33,713 nucleotides of DNA from Candidatus Peregrinibacteria bacterium (GTDB taxonomy: Bacteria; Patescibacteriota; Gracilibacteria; UM-FILTER-43-11): the NCBI GenBank assembly GCA_030618315.1, contig JAUXDO010000002.1, forward strand, positions 1-33,713, in the 5' to 3' direction. The notes beneath the pieces are model-generated. The model ran no database searches, had not been told where the DNA came from, and saw nothing but the letters and a program-made list of their open reading frames with translations. Shown here in pieces: positions 1 through 9,662 of this stretch; the first letter of the stretch is position 1; the number at the start of each line of letters is the position of its first letter. Both the position numbers and the translations under genes were made by a program.

Positions 1-338
1 TTGCTAGTATAATTGAGACTTTCAGGGAGGGGCGTAGTTTCCTGAGAGTCATGAATGGTTGTTTAGTTAGTGGTGAGTATATTATATAATGATTTGGGGA
101 ATGTCAAGGGGTAGTTTTAATCTTCTTATATTTTTTCCCGCTACTAAATAATGAATGAAAAAACAAAAATAGGGAAACACTTGAATCACATTAAATTTTC
201 TGCGCTAAAGCTCCGCAGATTTAACATGATTCATCCTGCGTTTCAGTCGTCCCACTAAGCAGGACTCCTTACACTTCGGAACATGTTTCTCGCTACTAAC
301 TAAATATGCTAAAATGTGCAGTACCTATTTAGTGTTAC

Positions 339-3300
339 ATGCTTAAAAACTTAACAAAAATTTGTTCCTCCAGGAAAATTCAAAAATTCTTTTTTGTTCT
401 CCTTTTTCTTGTGCTGATTTTTAGCATATATATCACAATTCCATATCCTTATATTCTTGGAGCTGATGCGCCACAACATTTAAACAAAGTAAGCATAAAT
501 GCGCCAATCACTATGCATTTTAGCCAAAGCATGAATAAGCAAAGTGTTGAAGATAAATTTCAAATACACCCGCAAATAAATGGTGATTTTGTTTGGCCTA
601 ATAAAAAAACACTTGAGTTTTATCCAAGTGAAACATTCAAAATTGGAGATAGGTATAAAATAACTATAAGTTCTCAGGCAAAAAATATTTATAGAAAGTC
701 GCTTGGGTCGAATATTGCGATGCATTTTTTTATTACGGGACCTCCTTATGTAAAATTTGTTTCACCAAATTTTCCAATAGAGAGGCAATTGATAAGCTAT
801 GGAGGTTCTATGGAGAGGCAATCAACAGCCCCTCAAGAGCCTATCAAAAGCCCTTCAATAGAATCCGTTCCTATTATTTCATCGGATCAAGTAATTACCG
901 TTATGTTTGATAGACCGATGGGCTGGTCGGATAATACAAAAATTGATTTACTTCGGATTAATCCTCATGTTGAAGGTGAATATCGATTTCTGGGTATGAG
1001 TGCATTTCAATTTATTCCTGAATCCTGGCCTACCGGCACACGTTTTAAATTAACTGTTCCATCTAATATTCAGGCTCGTGATGGTGGTGAAACTGAAGAT
1101 GAATTTAGTTGGTATATTGAGACATCACCACTTCGCATTGTTAAAACTACTCCTGAAATTGGTGAAGAAAATGTTGGGACTAATACTCCTTTGACAATAG
1201 TTTTTAATCAGCCAATTGATTTAAATCAAATTCAGCCGGGTAATAACTCTTTGATATATCCATCAAACGACGTTGATGCGGATGTTAATCCAAAATCTGA
1301 CGGCTTCTTTAATACGGAAATAATTTACGGAAAAAACTCTCAGGGGATTACTGATAAAGCCATATTGGTTTTTGAGCCTACTTTTTCGTATTTATATGAC
1401 ACTGAATATAAATTTGTTATGAAAGCTGGGCTTTCAGGTAATTCTACGGATGCGATAGATGGCGTCGGGTCGTTAGGAATGAAGCAGGATTATGAATTGA
1501 CTTTTAAAACTACACAGGCTCCTGGTGTAATTGATTTTACAGGTCCATCTGATAAAAATCCGAATATTTTTATCTCATTCTCAACAGATATGACTGTAAA
1601 AGAGATTATGGAACACTTGATGATCAGCCCCGAGCCCCTTTCGCCGATAACGATAATAATGAGTGAAAATAACAGAGAGGCTGAAATTCATTGTAAATTT
1701 GCAGTTAATACAGATTATGAACTTGAGCTGAATGCACCACTAAAAGATATTGCTGGAAATGAAATAAAAAATAGTTTTAAAAAAGCATTCAGGGTGAAAG
1801 ATCCATATCAAAAATTGCAATGGGACACGGGTGATAATCTGGATTTATTTGCAAGAGAAGTTAATCCGGAATTTATTATAAAAAGTAAGAATATTAATGA
1901 GCTTAATTTGGAATTATGTAAGGTATCAGAGCGAAATTTTATGACAACCAATGAGAATCAGAATTGGGAGAACTATAGTTGTTATTCAAACCCAATTTCA
2001 TATAAAATCCATCCGGATAGTGGCTCTGCATTGCTAAATTTGTCCTCTATATTTAATAGAGAATTTCAACCTGGTATATATTATTTTTCAGCAAAAAGTA
2101 GTAATTCTTCCAAAGTCGGAGACAGCAAAAAAATATATAAAATATTTCTGGTTTCTGATACAGCTCTGATTCTTAAAAAATCTCAAAATAGCTTACTTTT
2201 ATGGGCAACAGATATTGTTACAGGTGAACCTGCCGCGCGTATGGAGCTAACTTTTTATAGTTATGATGGAAAAGAAATCGGCAGAGGCGTTACAGATGGA
2301 GATGGTATCTATAAGATTATTCGTGATTATGAAGAAGGAGTATATATTGTTGGAGAACAAAATATTGGTGAGAAAAAAAGATGGACGATGATTTATGATT
2401 TTTGGCTTACCTCTGAGCAAAATATTTCAAGTTCAATAAATTCTGAGTGGATAAAGAATGGTGAACTGCGTGCATATTTAATGTATAACAAAAATGTATT
2501 AACTGCCGGTGACAAGATGGATATTAAGGGCATACTCCGGGTAGATAATGATGCGCAATTTTCTATTCCCGAAGAAAAGAAAGTAATAATTGCAATTGAA
2601 GATAGTCAGCAAAATTTACTGATTGATGAAACTATTGCAATTAGAAGAAATGGATCATTTGACACCTCTATTACAATCCCACCCGATGCCTTTTCTGGTA
2701 ACTACCGCATCGTTGTATATAGCGCTTCTGGTGATAAACTGCAGACGAATGAGTCGGTCATTACTATTAATAGAGAGGATTCCCCCTTTCTTATGAACTG
2801 GATTAATCCCAAAAATGATTATTTTGCGCATGAGACTGTATCTGTAACGCTAAAAGCTAATTATTTTGTTGGAATCCCTGCCTCCAGCCTAAGGGGCTCA
2901 TGGGATCTTTATAGAAAACCGTACTACTTCAATAATTATAAAAACAACTCATTCTATTCTTTTGGTAATAAGGAAAATATTCTCTGTTCCAATGGCGGTT
3001 GCCCTAATGATGAAGAATTTGTTGCCAGTGGTGAATTTAGTTTTGATCCTAATGGCATAGCTCAAATTGTACTGGCAGATAATGAAAGAAGTTATCTTAA
3101 ATCAGAAAATGAATACTATTTAGTAGCAACCGCAAGCAGTGTCAACGGTAGTAAGGTATCAAAATCTCTTAGATTTATTGTCCATAATGGAAAACAATAT
3201 GTAGGGCTTAGCTCCAAGCATTATTTACTTAAACAGAATGAAAGTGCGGAAATTTCGATTGTTGTTTCTGATACCAAAGGAAATTTAATTGAAGATAAAA

Positions 3301-6300
3301 AAGTAAATCTGTCTTTAATTCAAATGTCTGATGGAAATGAGGGGAAGTCGCGTTACAGTGACAATATTATCGTTACCTCAGAACCTGTTAATCTTTCGAT
3401 TCCAATAACAAACAAAATACCCGAGGGAATATATAAGCTTAAAGCAAAAAGTCAGGATGATTTTGGAAATTATACAATTTCAGAACTCGAACTATATGTA
3501 ATAAATGGAAATGGCAATGCAATTTTTAATGATTTGAAAATTTTAATGGACCAGCCTGAATACTATGTTGGAGGCAAAACCCGTATGCTTATTAACTACC
3601 CTGATGCTTCATCGGAAAAACCCACAACAGCACTTGTAACTTATGAACGAGTAGGTGTTCTTGGCTATAGAATAGTTGAATTAACTTCGCCTCTAACCGA
3701 AGTTGATATTCCAATTATTAAAGAAATGATTCCGAATATGCATATTTCAGTTACTCTGATTGAGCAAAATTCTGATAAGCTGGATGATCTACTTCAAGCT
3801 CAGGAAAAACGTCGTTTAGAAATTAAAAGCAGACAAACTGAGGTTGAAATCATATTGCTGGAGGAAGAACTTGCCTTGCTGCAGGCAGATGAAAATTCGA
3901 ATGAAGACGATGTAGAACTTTTACTTCAGAAAATTGAATTATTTAACGAATCAACTATTGAAATATCAGACGATGAAAATGACGGTGATATTAAATTCAT
4001 GCCAACGATAAAAAGAGATGATATCAATGTGATTATCAGTAATCCTGATCAGATAATAAATATAGATATTTTGCCGGAACCGTCTAATCCCCGCCCTGGT
4101 GAAGAAGTAACTATAAAACTTCACACATATGATTATCAAAATCGCCAAATTCCGTCAGTAGTTTCATTGAATATTTCTGAAAAACAAATGGGATCTGACA
4201 GCAATACAAATCTTACACTTTTTGATTATTTTTTGAAACTACGGGATTCTCAGGTGTTTATGTCTTCCAATATTTCGCTATTAGATGATCAACTCTCAAG
4301 ACAACAATCCGTTTTGCCTTCTTATTCCCTGAATCAGATGAGTGAAATCAGTAATTCCTCATATTTCAATCCATTGATTCTTACTGACGATAGCGGTTAT
4401 GGAGAAATTACTTTTACGCTTCCGGATAAGCATATGGCTTGGCAAATAAATGCGTTAGCCACAAGTAAAGAAAATAATTTTGGCAACTCAAGCATGAATT
4501 TATTTGCCAAGAAGAGATTAGTTATTACTCCAATATTACCAGCATTTGTTATTCCTGGTGATCAAATAACGATTACTGCCAAAGTTCAGAATTTATCTGA
4601 CTCGGATATAAAAACGGCCATTGAATTACTTGCCGGTGAAATTGATGTAAAAGGAGGAACAAAGAAAAACCTAACAATAAAGTCGGGGGAGACGATTAAT
4701 ATTGATTGGGACGTAATTATTGGATTTTTTAATGAAGAAACTAATTTCAAAATAGCTTTTCGCTCACGAGAAGATTATGTTGAAACTAATTTACCTATAA
4801 AAAAACTAAAAACTTACGTAATTTTTGGAAATAGCGGAATAATTTCTGCTAAAGGCGGATCCACCTCTGGCGAAGAAGATGAACGAGTGGAAAGCATCAG
4901 AATTCCTCAAAATGCTGTTTCTGACGTTGGGGATTTAAGCTTATCACTAAGCGCATCACCTATCAGTATTGCAAAAAATTATGCAAAATCTCTTGGGGAT
5001 TATTCTTTTAATTCAACTGAAAAAATAGCTAGTCGCCTTATTTCTGACATTATTTTTCTACGTCCTGAAAAAAGTGACATGACAACCAAAACACTTAGTG
5101 ATGAAATTCAATCTACAGTTCTTGAGTTACAAAATCTTCAAAGACAAGACGGTGGGTATGCATTTTTTAAAGGAGCTGATGAAAGCAATCCTTGGCTTAC
5201 TGCCTATGTTACTTATGCATTAGGTTTAGCTGATGGACTGTTCGATGTTTCAGCAAATTCAAAAGAGGCCGGAATTAAATACTTGTGGGGAAAATTAAAT
5301 AATGAATCTTTATCAGACCAATTTTTTATTCTGTGGGCATTAAGTGAGCTTGAGGAATATGACACAGTTACTACATTGGATTTATATAAAAAACGTAATG
5401 TGAGTTCGCTTTCCGGAAAAGCATTTTTACTTATGAATATTCAAAATCTGGTTGAAGCTGGTCAAAAAAGTGCCCAACCTTTTCTCGAAAAGCTAAAATC
5501 AGAAATTGTTGAAGAAAAAATTACCGATGATAACTGGATTTATTTTGAAGAGGAAAAAGGAGAAAATTTGGATACCGATATTCGTAGTACTGCAATTGTT
5601 CTGATGTCACTAGCCAAATTAAGTGATGAAAATCCAATATTAATGCCGATTATTGAATATTTAGCTTCAAATACAACTACGCTTATTAACAATTTTAACT
5701 CGCAGGAAGTCATATGGTTACTTCTTGCATTGACTGAGATGACAAACCAACATGAATTAAATGTTAATTTCACTACAAAAGCAAAAGTGAATAATAAAAC
5801 TGTAATTGATGAATCTATTCAGACGGAAAATATTCAGGATATTTATTCCGCGATTTTGCCGATTTCTGAACTTAAAGGAACTGACCAAGTGAATGAGCTA
5901 AGAATCAGCAAAGAAGGTAGTGGTGATCTTTTCTTCAGCACATCACTTTCTTATTCATTACAGAATGATAAAATACTGCCGATTGAAGAAAATGCGGTTA
6001 TTACTAGGAATTACTACACACTTGAAGATTTTAATGAAGAAACGCCTCTTTCTGAACTGATGTCTGGCATATTATACAAAGGGGTCTTGACTCTGGTAAT
6101 ACCAGAAGATACTACCTATATTGCAATTGAAAATCCACTACCAGCCGGCCTTAAAGCACTTTCCTTTAATCCAGCTGTCAGCAATATTTCAATGCGATAC
6201 GAAAGGGATGAGTCCGCACGGGCGAACGGTCTTACATGGATAGATAATCCATTGTGGCTATTTGATTATTATTCGATTGAAGATGACAGAATGTTTCTTT

Positions 6301-6455
6301 ATTCGGAAAATCTGCCTGTAGGAATATATAAAATTGACTACTTAGTACAGGCTGGTATGCATGGTAAATACAATCACCTACCTGCGACAGTTAAACAGAT
6401 GTTTAATTCAGATATGTATAGCAGAACTGGTGGTGGATGGATGAGGATAAAATAA
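339..6455 (+). CDS. alpha-2-macroglobulin family protein, 2038 aa, membrane-anchored, thioester motif absent
   Basis: Single 6.1-kb ORF. It has an N-terminal hydrophobic anchor (FFFVLLFLVLIFSIYITI) and Ig-like Big_5/SbsA-type repeats near the N-terminus. A thioester-domain-like helical region (LQRQDGGYAFF...NPWLTAYVTYALGLA) and a C-terminal receptor-binding-domain-like block (IENPLPAGLKAL) are typical of bacterial A2M proteins (YfhM/YfaS/MagD). The expected thioester position reads FNSTEK rather than (Y)GC(L/G)EQ. Confidence 0.85.
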   Translation: MLKNLTKICSSRKIQKFFFVLLFLVLIFSIYITIPYPYILGADAPQHLNKVSINAPITMHFSQSMNKQSVEDKFQIHPQINGDFVWPNKKTLEFYPSETFKIGDRYKITISSQAKNIYRKSLGSNIAMHFFITGPPYVKFVSPNFPIERQLISYGGSMERQSTAPQEPIKSPSIESVPIISSDQVITVMFDRPMGWSDNTKIDLLRINPHVEGEYRFLGMSAFQFIPESWPTGTRFKLTVPSNIQARDGGETEDEFSWYIETSPLRIVKTTPEIGEENVGTNTPLTIVFNQPIDLNQIQPGNNSLIYPSNDVDADVNPKSDGFFNTEIIYGKNSQGITDKAILVFEPTFSYLYDTEYKFVMKAGLSGNSTDAIDGVGSLGMKQDYELTFKTTQAPGVIDFTGPSDKNPNIFISFSTDMTVKEIMEHLMISPEPLSPITIIMSENNREAEIHCKFAVNTDYELELNAPLKDIAGNEIKNSFKKAFRVKDPYQKLQWDTGDNLDLFAREVNPEFIIKSKNINELNLELCKVSERNFMTTNENQNWENYSCYSNPISYKIHPDSGSALLNLSSIFNREFQPGIYYFSAKSSNSSKVGDSKKIYKIFLVSDTALILKKSQNSLLLWATDIVTGEPAARMELTFYSYDGKEIGRGVTDGDGIYKIIRDYEEGVYIVGEQNIGEKKRWTMIYDFWLTSEQNISSSINSEWIKNGELRAYLMYNKNVLTAGDKMDIKGILRVDNDAQFSIPEEKKVIIAIEDSQQNLLIDETIAIRRNGSFDTSITIPPDAFSGNYRIVVYSASGDKLQTNESVITINREDSPFLMNWINPKNDYFAHETVSVTLKANYFVGIPASSLRGSWDLYRKPYYFNNYKNNSFYSFGNKENILCSNGGCPNDEEFVASGEFSFDPNGIAQIVLADNERSYLKSENEYYLVATASSVNGSKVSKSLRFIVHNGKQYVGLSSKHYLLKQNESAEISIVVSDTKGNLIEDKKVNLSLIQMSDGNEGKSRYSDNIIVTSEPVNLSIPITNKIPEGIYKLKAKSQDDFGNYTISELELYVINGNGNAIFNDLKILMDQPEYYVGGKTRMLINYPDASSEKPTTALVTYERVGVLGYRIVELTSPLTEVDIPIIKEMIPNMHISVTLIEQNSDKLDDLLQAQEKRRLEIKSRQTEVEIILLEEELALLQADENSNEDDVELLLQKIELFNESTIEISDDENDGDIKFMPTIKRDDINVIISNPDQIINIDILPEPSNPRPGEEVTIKLHTYDYQNRQIPSVVSLNISEKQMGSDSNTNLTLFDYFLKLRDSQVFMSSNISLLDDQLSRQQSVLPSYSLNQMSEISNSSYFNPLILTDDSGYGEITFTLPDKHMAWQINALATSKENNFGNSSMNLFAKKRLVITPILPAFVIPGDQITITAKVQNLSDSDIKTAIELLAGEIDVKGGTKKNLTIKSGETINIDWDVIIGFFNEETNFKIAFRSREDYVETNLPIKKLKTYVIFGNSGIISAKGGSTSGEEDERVESIRIPQNAVSDVGDLSLSLSASPISIAKNYAKSLGDYSFNSTEKIASRLISDIIFLRPEKSDMTTKTLSDEIQSTVLELQNLQRQDGGYAFFKGADESNPWLTAYVTYALGLADGLFDVSANSKEAGIKYLWGKLNNESLSDQFFILWALSELEEYDTVTTLDLYKKRNVSSLSGKAFLLMNIQNLVEAGQKSAQPFLEKLKSEIVEEKITDDNWIYFEEEKGENLDTDIRSTAIVLMSLAKLSDENPILMPIIEYLASNTTTLINNFNSQEVIWLLLALTEMTNQHELNVNFTTKAKVNNKTVIDESIQTENIQDIYSAILPISELKGTDQVNELRISKEGSGDLFFSTSLSYSLQNDKILPIEENAVITRNYYTLEDFNEETPLSELMSGILYKGVLTLVIPEDTTYIAIENPLPAGLKALSFNPAVSNISMRYERDESARANGLTWIDNPLWLFDYYSIEDDRMFLYSENLPVGIYKIDYLVQAGMHGKYNHLPATVKQMFNSDMYSRTGGGWMRIK

Positions 6456-6624
6456 TTGTCGTTGGTCGTTTGATTAACCGTTTGCAGTTTATGCGAAGTT
6501 GACCAGTGGTAAAATATCACGAAATGCACCGCTGGGCAATTTGGGCGAGCGAGCTTTGCGACCGCTCGTCCAAAATAGGGCAAAGCTTGTGAGCCGTACA
6601 AACTGCTGTTGTGTGTCTTTCTTA

Positions 6625-7662
6625 TTAGTCTAGATATGGTTTAGGGCATATCTCGTATCCACTACAGTAGTCACCCTTGCTTTCTGCTGTGATCCTGCAA
6701 CCGCCTAAACACTCATTCCATGTGTCACAAGTATTGCAAGGTTCACCGACTAGAGCTTGAGTTAAATTATTGCGTGCCAATATAATCTCCGAATTGCGCG
6801 CTTTTTTAATAGCATTCGGTTCATTTATGTTTGCCAGAGAAATCTGATCGCTTGCTGAGCAGGCTTTTATGTCACCATTGAGTGCAAAGTAGAGTTGATT
6901 TCTATAATATGCGCAACCATAAAATATGTGTGGCATTGCAATCCCTGCCTCGCTTATACCTATATCATGTTGAACCTCTTGGAGTTCTTTTATTAAGTCA
7001 GCAATTTGTTGGGTTGATGGGGATATTTTCCAATAGTCGTCATCAATTTCACCTCCACAACTCATCAATTCAAAATCAGCTCCAACATTATTTTTCAGAC
7101 ACCATCTGTAAAAATCAGGCGTAAACTGAATGTTATCCTTTCTTACTAAATTATTTAACCTAAATAATGATTCATCATAACCTGCTTCTTTAAGGTGTTT
7201 GATACCATCAATCATTCTTTTTGCCATTCCTTCTGATTTTCCTATCATCCTGGCCTGTGTTTGAATCTGACTAGCATCTCCGTCAGGATTGATGTCTAAT
7301 TTTCCGGTTATTTTTACACTATTTTGCATCAAAATTTCTGCTAATTCCGGATTAAGCGCAATCATATTTGTGTAAATTTGAATATCAATTCCTCTTTCTT
7401 TTACAATTTCGATAAACTCTTTCAAATCTTTCCACAATAGTGGTTCACCACCGACGAGTTGCACTTCCGCGATTTCTCTCCCTTTATATTCTTTGCTCAA
7501 ATCAACAATCCTTTGGGCTTGATCTAATGTTAATTGGGAACTTTTGTCATTTATTAAATTGTCTTCATGCATATAGCAGCCAGGACAATTGCATTGGCAT
7601 GCATGAGTGGTCTCCATGATAGCAATATCATAGTCCGAATAATTTTCTGACTTGAATGACAT
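6625..7662 (-). CDS. radical SAM protein with C-terminal SPASM/twitch-like Cys cluster
   Basis: The N-terminal CQCNCPGCY contains the CxxxCxxC [4Fe-4S]/SAM motif, and a GGEPLL glycine-rich SAM motif is present. The C-terminus is Cys-rich (CSAS...CNTCDTWNECLGGCR...YCSGYEICP), consistent with an auxiliary-cluster SPASM-type domain. Confidence 0.85.
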   Translation of the reverse strand: MSFKSENYSDYDIAIMETTHACQCNCPGCYMHEDNLINDKSSQLTLDQAQRIVDLSKEYKGREIAEVQLVGGEPLLWKDLKEFIEIVKERGIDIQIYTNMIALNPELAEILMQNSVKITGKLDINPDGDASQIQTQARMIGKSEGMAKRMIDGIKHLKEAGYDESLFRLNNLVRKDNIQFTPDFYRWCLKNNVGADFELMSCGGEIDDDYWKISPSTQQIADLIKELQEVQHDIGISEAGIAMPHIFYGCAYYRNQLYFALNGDIKACSASDQISLANINEPNAIKKARNSEIILARNNLTQALVGEPCNTCDTWNECLGGCRITAESKGDYCSGYEICPKPYLD

Positions 7663-7792
7663 AAAATATTAGTACCTAAAAGCAAGGGTGTTATCTTACC
7701 TCAAATATTAAAATATGTCACATATCTAATAACTAACTACGTTTAATGCATATGAGCATATTGGTTTGTTAATTTTTTAGCAGTGGAAATAC

Positions 7793-7821
7793 TTGCTTTT
7801 TTGTTTTATTTATGTTATAAT
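7793..7821 (+). promoter_or_regulatory. sigma70-type promoter for the PP2C gene (TTGCTT-N17-TATAAT, TG-extended)
   Basis: TTGCTT 7793-7798, TG 7813-7814, TATAAT 7816-7821, 30 nt upstream of ATG 7851. Confidence 0.55.
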
Positions 7822-7850
7822 AAACTACTAAAAAGAAAATATAAAATAAT

Positions 7851-9182
7851 ATGAACAATATAAATAATGCACAAAATTTAGAAGCAAGCATACCAATTGA
7901 AGTAGATATATCTGATTACGCAAGATCTAAATATCCTGATGGTTCTACCGTGCTTCTTCCGCATAAAGGCAAAGAAATCGAAGCGAAGATAATGCATTTT
8001 AATGAGGAATCCGGAAAATTTAGAGTAATTTGGGAAAAAAATGGGGCTATTAATTCAAAAAATATCAGTCTTGAGGAATTAGATAACTATAACGAAACAG
8101 ATCTTTCGCCAGAAAAACAAAGAGCTGAAGTTTTAAGTATTATTAACAGTCCTTCGGGCTATAAATCCGAATTAACAGAAGATGCTTATACAAGTGTGGC
8201 AGATTTTGCTGAACAAATTGGAGAATCTGGTAACTCTAAATTGCTTGATGGTGAAAACGCAAAAAGTTTGGCTGATGGAATGAGGTCATTTGGATTTGCG
8301 GATTTAGCTCGTATTACGGCATCTACCGATATAGGTGTAGGAAAAACAGAAAATCAAGACCGCGTTATGATAAATAGTAAATTCGGTGTGACAGCTGTAA
8401 TCGATGGCATTGGTGGTGAAGAGGATGGTGGTATTTTTGCACAAATATTCTCAGAAGAACTGGGAACATCACCTCTTGCACCAATACAAGCAGCATATAA
8501 TGCTTTAGAAAAAGCAAAAAAATTAGGATTGAATAAAATGGCAGCAGCCTGCTTCATGTCCGCAAGACTTCACCGTGAAGATAATGGAAAATTGTATTTT
8601 ACCGACATTGTTCAGGCCGGAGATGTAAAAATGATTATTCTGGATGACAATGGAGATGTTTACTGGAGCTCAAGGGATCAGTCACTTGTGGATTTGATAG
8701 CCAATGGTGATGTGACCTATAAGCAATTAGCTACGCAAGTACCTAAAAATAATCCTGTAATGAGAGTTATGAAAGAGAGATCAAAAAAAGGACAAGTGCT
8801 TTTATCAAAAGACGAAGCAATTTATTCCACCCTTAGAAGTAGGGTTGTTAATTATGTTGGAGGTGAAATTGAAGTTGATTTAAAAGATTACCGAGATGTT
8901 CCTGTAAAAAAAGGATACAGGATGATAATGACAAGCGACGGTGTTTCAGATAATTTTACTAATGAAGAAATCGCTGATTTAGTGCGCGGAAAAAGTGCTG
9001 AAGAAGGAATGATAGCCCTTTCAGAATCCACAACTAATAGGATGCTTAATGGAAAAAAGATAATCGAAGAAACCAATAGATTAGGTGGCAGAGCTAAGCT
9101 TGGAAAATTTAGCGATGGATTTAAAACTTTGCCAAAAGCTAATGGTGATAATCGCGGAGTAGTTATTGAAGATGTTTTATAG
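7851..9182 (+). CDS. PP2C-family (PPM) Ser/Thr protein phosphatase with about 150-aa N-terminal extension
   Basis: PPM motifs occur in order: GKTENQDRV, AVIDGIGGEEDG (DGxGG), MTSDGVSDNF (SDGxxD), GDNRGVVI (DN near the C-terminus). The N-terminal 150 aa are unassigned. Confidence 0.8.
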   Translation: MNNINNAQNLEASIPIEVDISDYARSKYPDGSTVLLPHKGKEIEAKIMHFNEESGKFRVIWEKNGAINSKNISLEELDNYNETDLSPEKQRAEVLSIINSPSGYKSELTEDAYTSVADFAEQIGESGNSKLLDGENAKSLADGMRSFGFADLARITASTDIGVGKTENQDRVMINSKFGVTAVIDGIGGEEDGGIFAQIFSEELGTSPLAPIQAAYNALEKAKKLGLNKMAAACFMSARLHREDNGKLYFTDIVQAGDVKMIILDDNGDVYWSSRDQSLVDLIANGDVTYKQLATQVPKNNPVMRVMKERSKKGQVLLSKDEAIYSTLRSRVVNYVGGEIEVDLKDYRDVPVKKGYRMIMTSDGVSDNFTNEEIADLVRGKSAEEGMIALSESTTNRMLNGKKIIEETNRLGGRAKLGKFSDGFKTLPKANGDNRGVVIEDVL

Positions 9183-9235
9183 CTTTCAAATATAGCCTTA
9201 ATTTGGATTTTGTATAATTTAATGTGCTTTTTTAT

Positions 9236-9263
9236 TTGACATATCTAAAATTTTCAGTATAAT
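9236..9263 (+). promoter_or_regulatory. sigma70-type promoter (TTGACA-N16-TATAAT)
   Basis: TTGACA 9236-9241, TATAAT 9258-9263, 25 nt upstream of ATG 9288. Confidence 0.6.
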
Positions 9264-9287
9264 GACATCCTATTTATAGAATATTTT

Positions 9288-9662
9288 ATGGATGACACCC
9301 CTAATGACACAATAATTGACGAAGAAGATGAGGAAGATAGCTTTTTTGACATTAGTAAAATAGAACTTTCAAATGATGTTAAAATATCTGATCAACAAGT
9401 TTTTGCTATGAGTAAGCTGATTGAGGAAGGGCGAAAAATAACATTCGAGGGCGATGGCGATGCTATGAAAAATGTCAAATTTCATAAAAATAGGTCTCAT
9501 TTATCTAGGTCAGCTGATAGTGTGCATCTTGCATTCTCTCAAATAATAGGAGAAAGCAGAATGCGTAGCACAGTATTTCTTACACAATCTGATGCTAATG
9601 ATTTTGGCATTGATTTGAAAAAGATACAAGAGATGCGAAAGGATATACCTGAAAATTATTAA
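9288..9662 (+). CDS. hypothetical protein (124 aa, acidic N-terminus)
   Basis: ORF preceded by a TTGACA-N16-TATAAT promoter at 9236-9263. No family recognised. Confidence 0.5.
   Translation: MDDTPNDTIIDEEDEEDSFFDISKIELSNDVKISDQQVFAMSKLIEEGRKITFEGDGDAMKNVKFHKNRSHLSRSADSVHLAFSQIIGESRMRSTVFLTQSDANDFGIDLKKIQEMRKDIPENY

Noticed and set aside
1-338. Long non-coding region before the A2M gene. It contains hairpins and a possible leftward promoter (complement of 79-107, TTGACA with TAATAT or TATAAT) followed by a 17-codon open frame (ATG at complement 52-50, MTLRKLRPSLKVSIILA) running off the window edge. It was also considered as a riboswitch or sRNA.
   Set aside because: The partial ORF is too short to support as a gene. 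I recognise no riboswitch or known sRNA signature. I therefore left it unannotated rather than guess.
6374-6601. 75-aa ORF on the - strand just downstream of the radical SAM gene, considered as a possible RiPP precursor.
   Set aside because: It starts with TTG and has no ATG. It runs through the GC-rich hairpin spacer and overlaps the last 82 nt of the convergent A2M gene. It shows no leader/core-like features. It is most likely an artefact of the open antisense frame.
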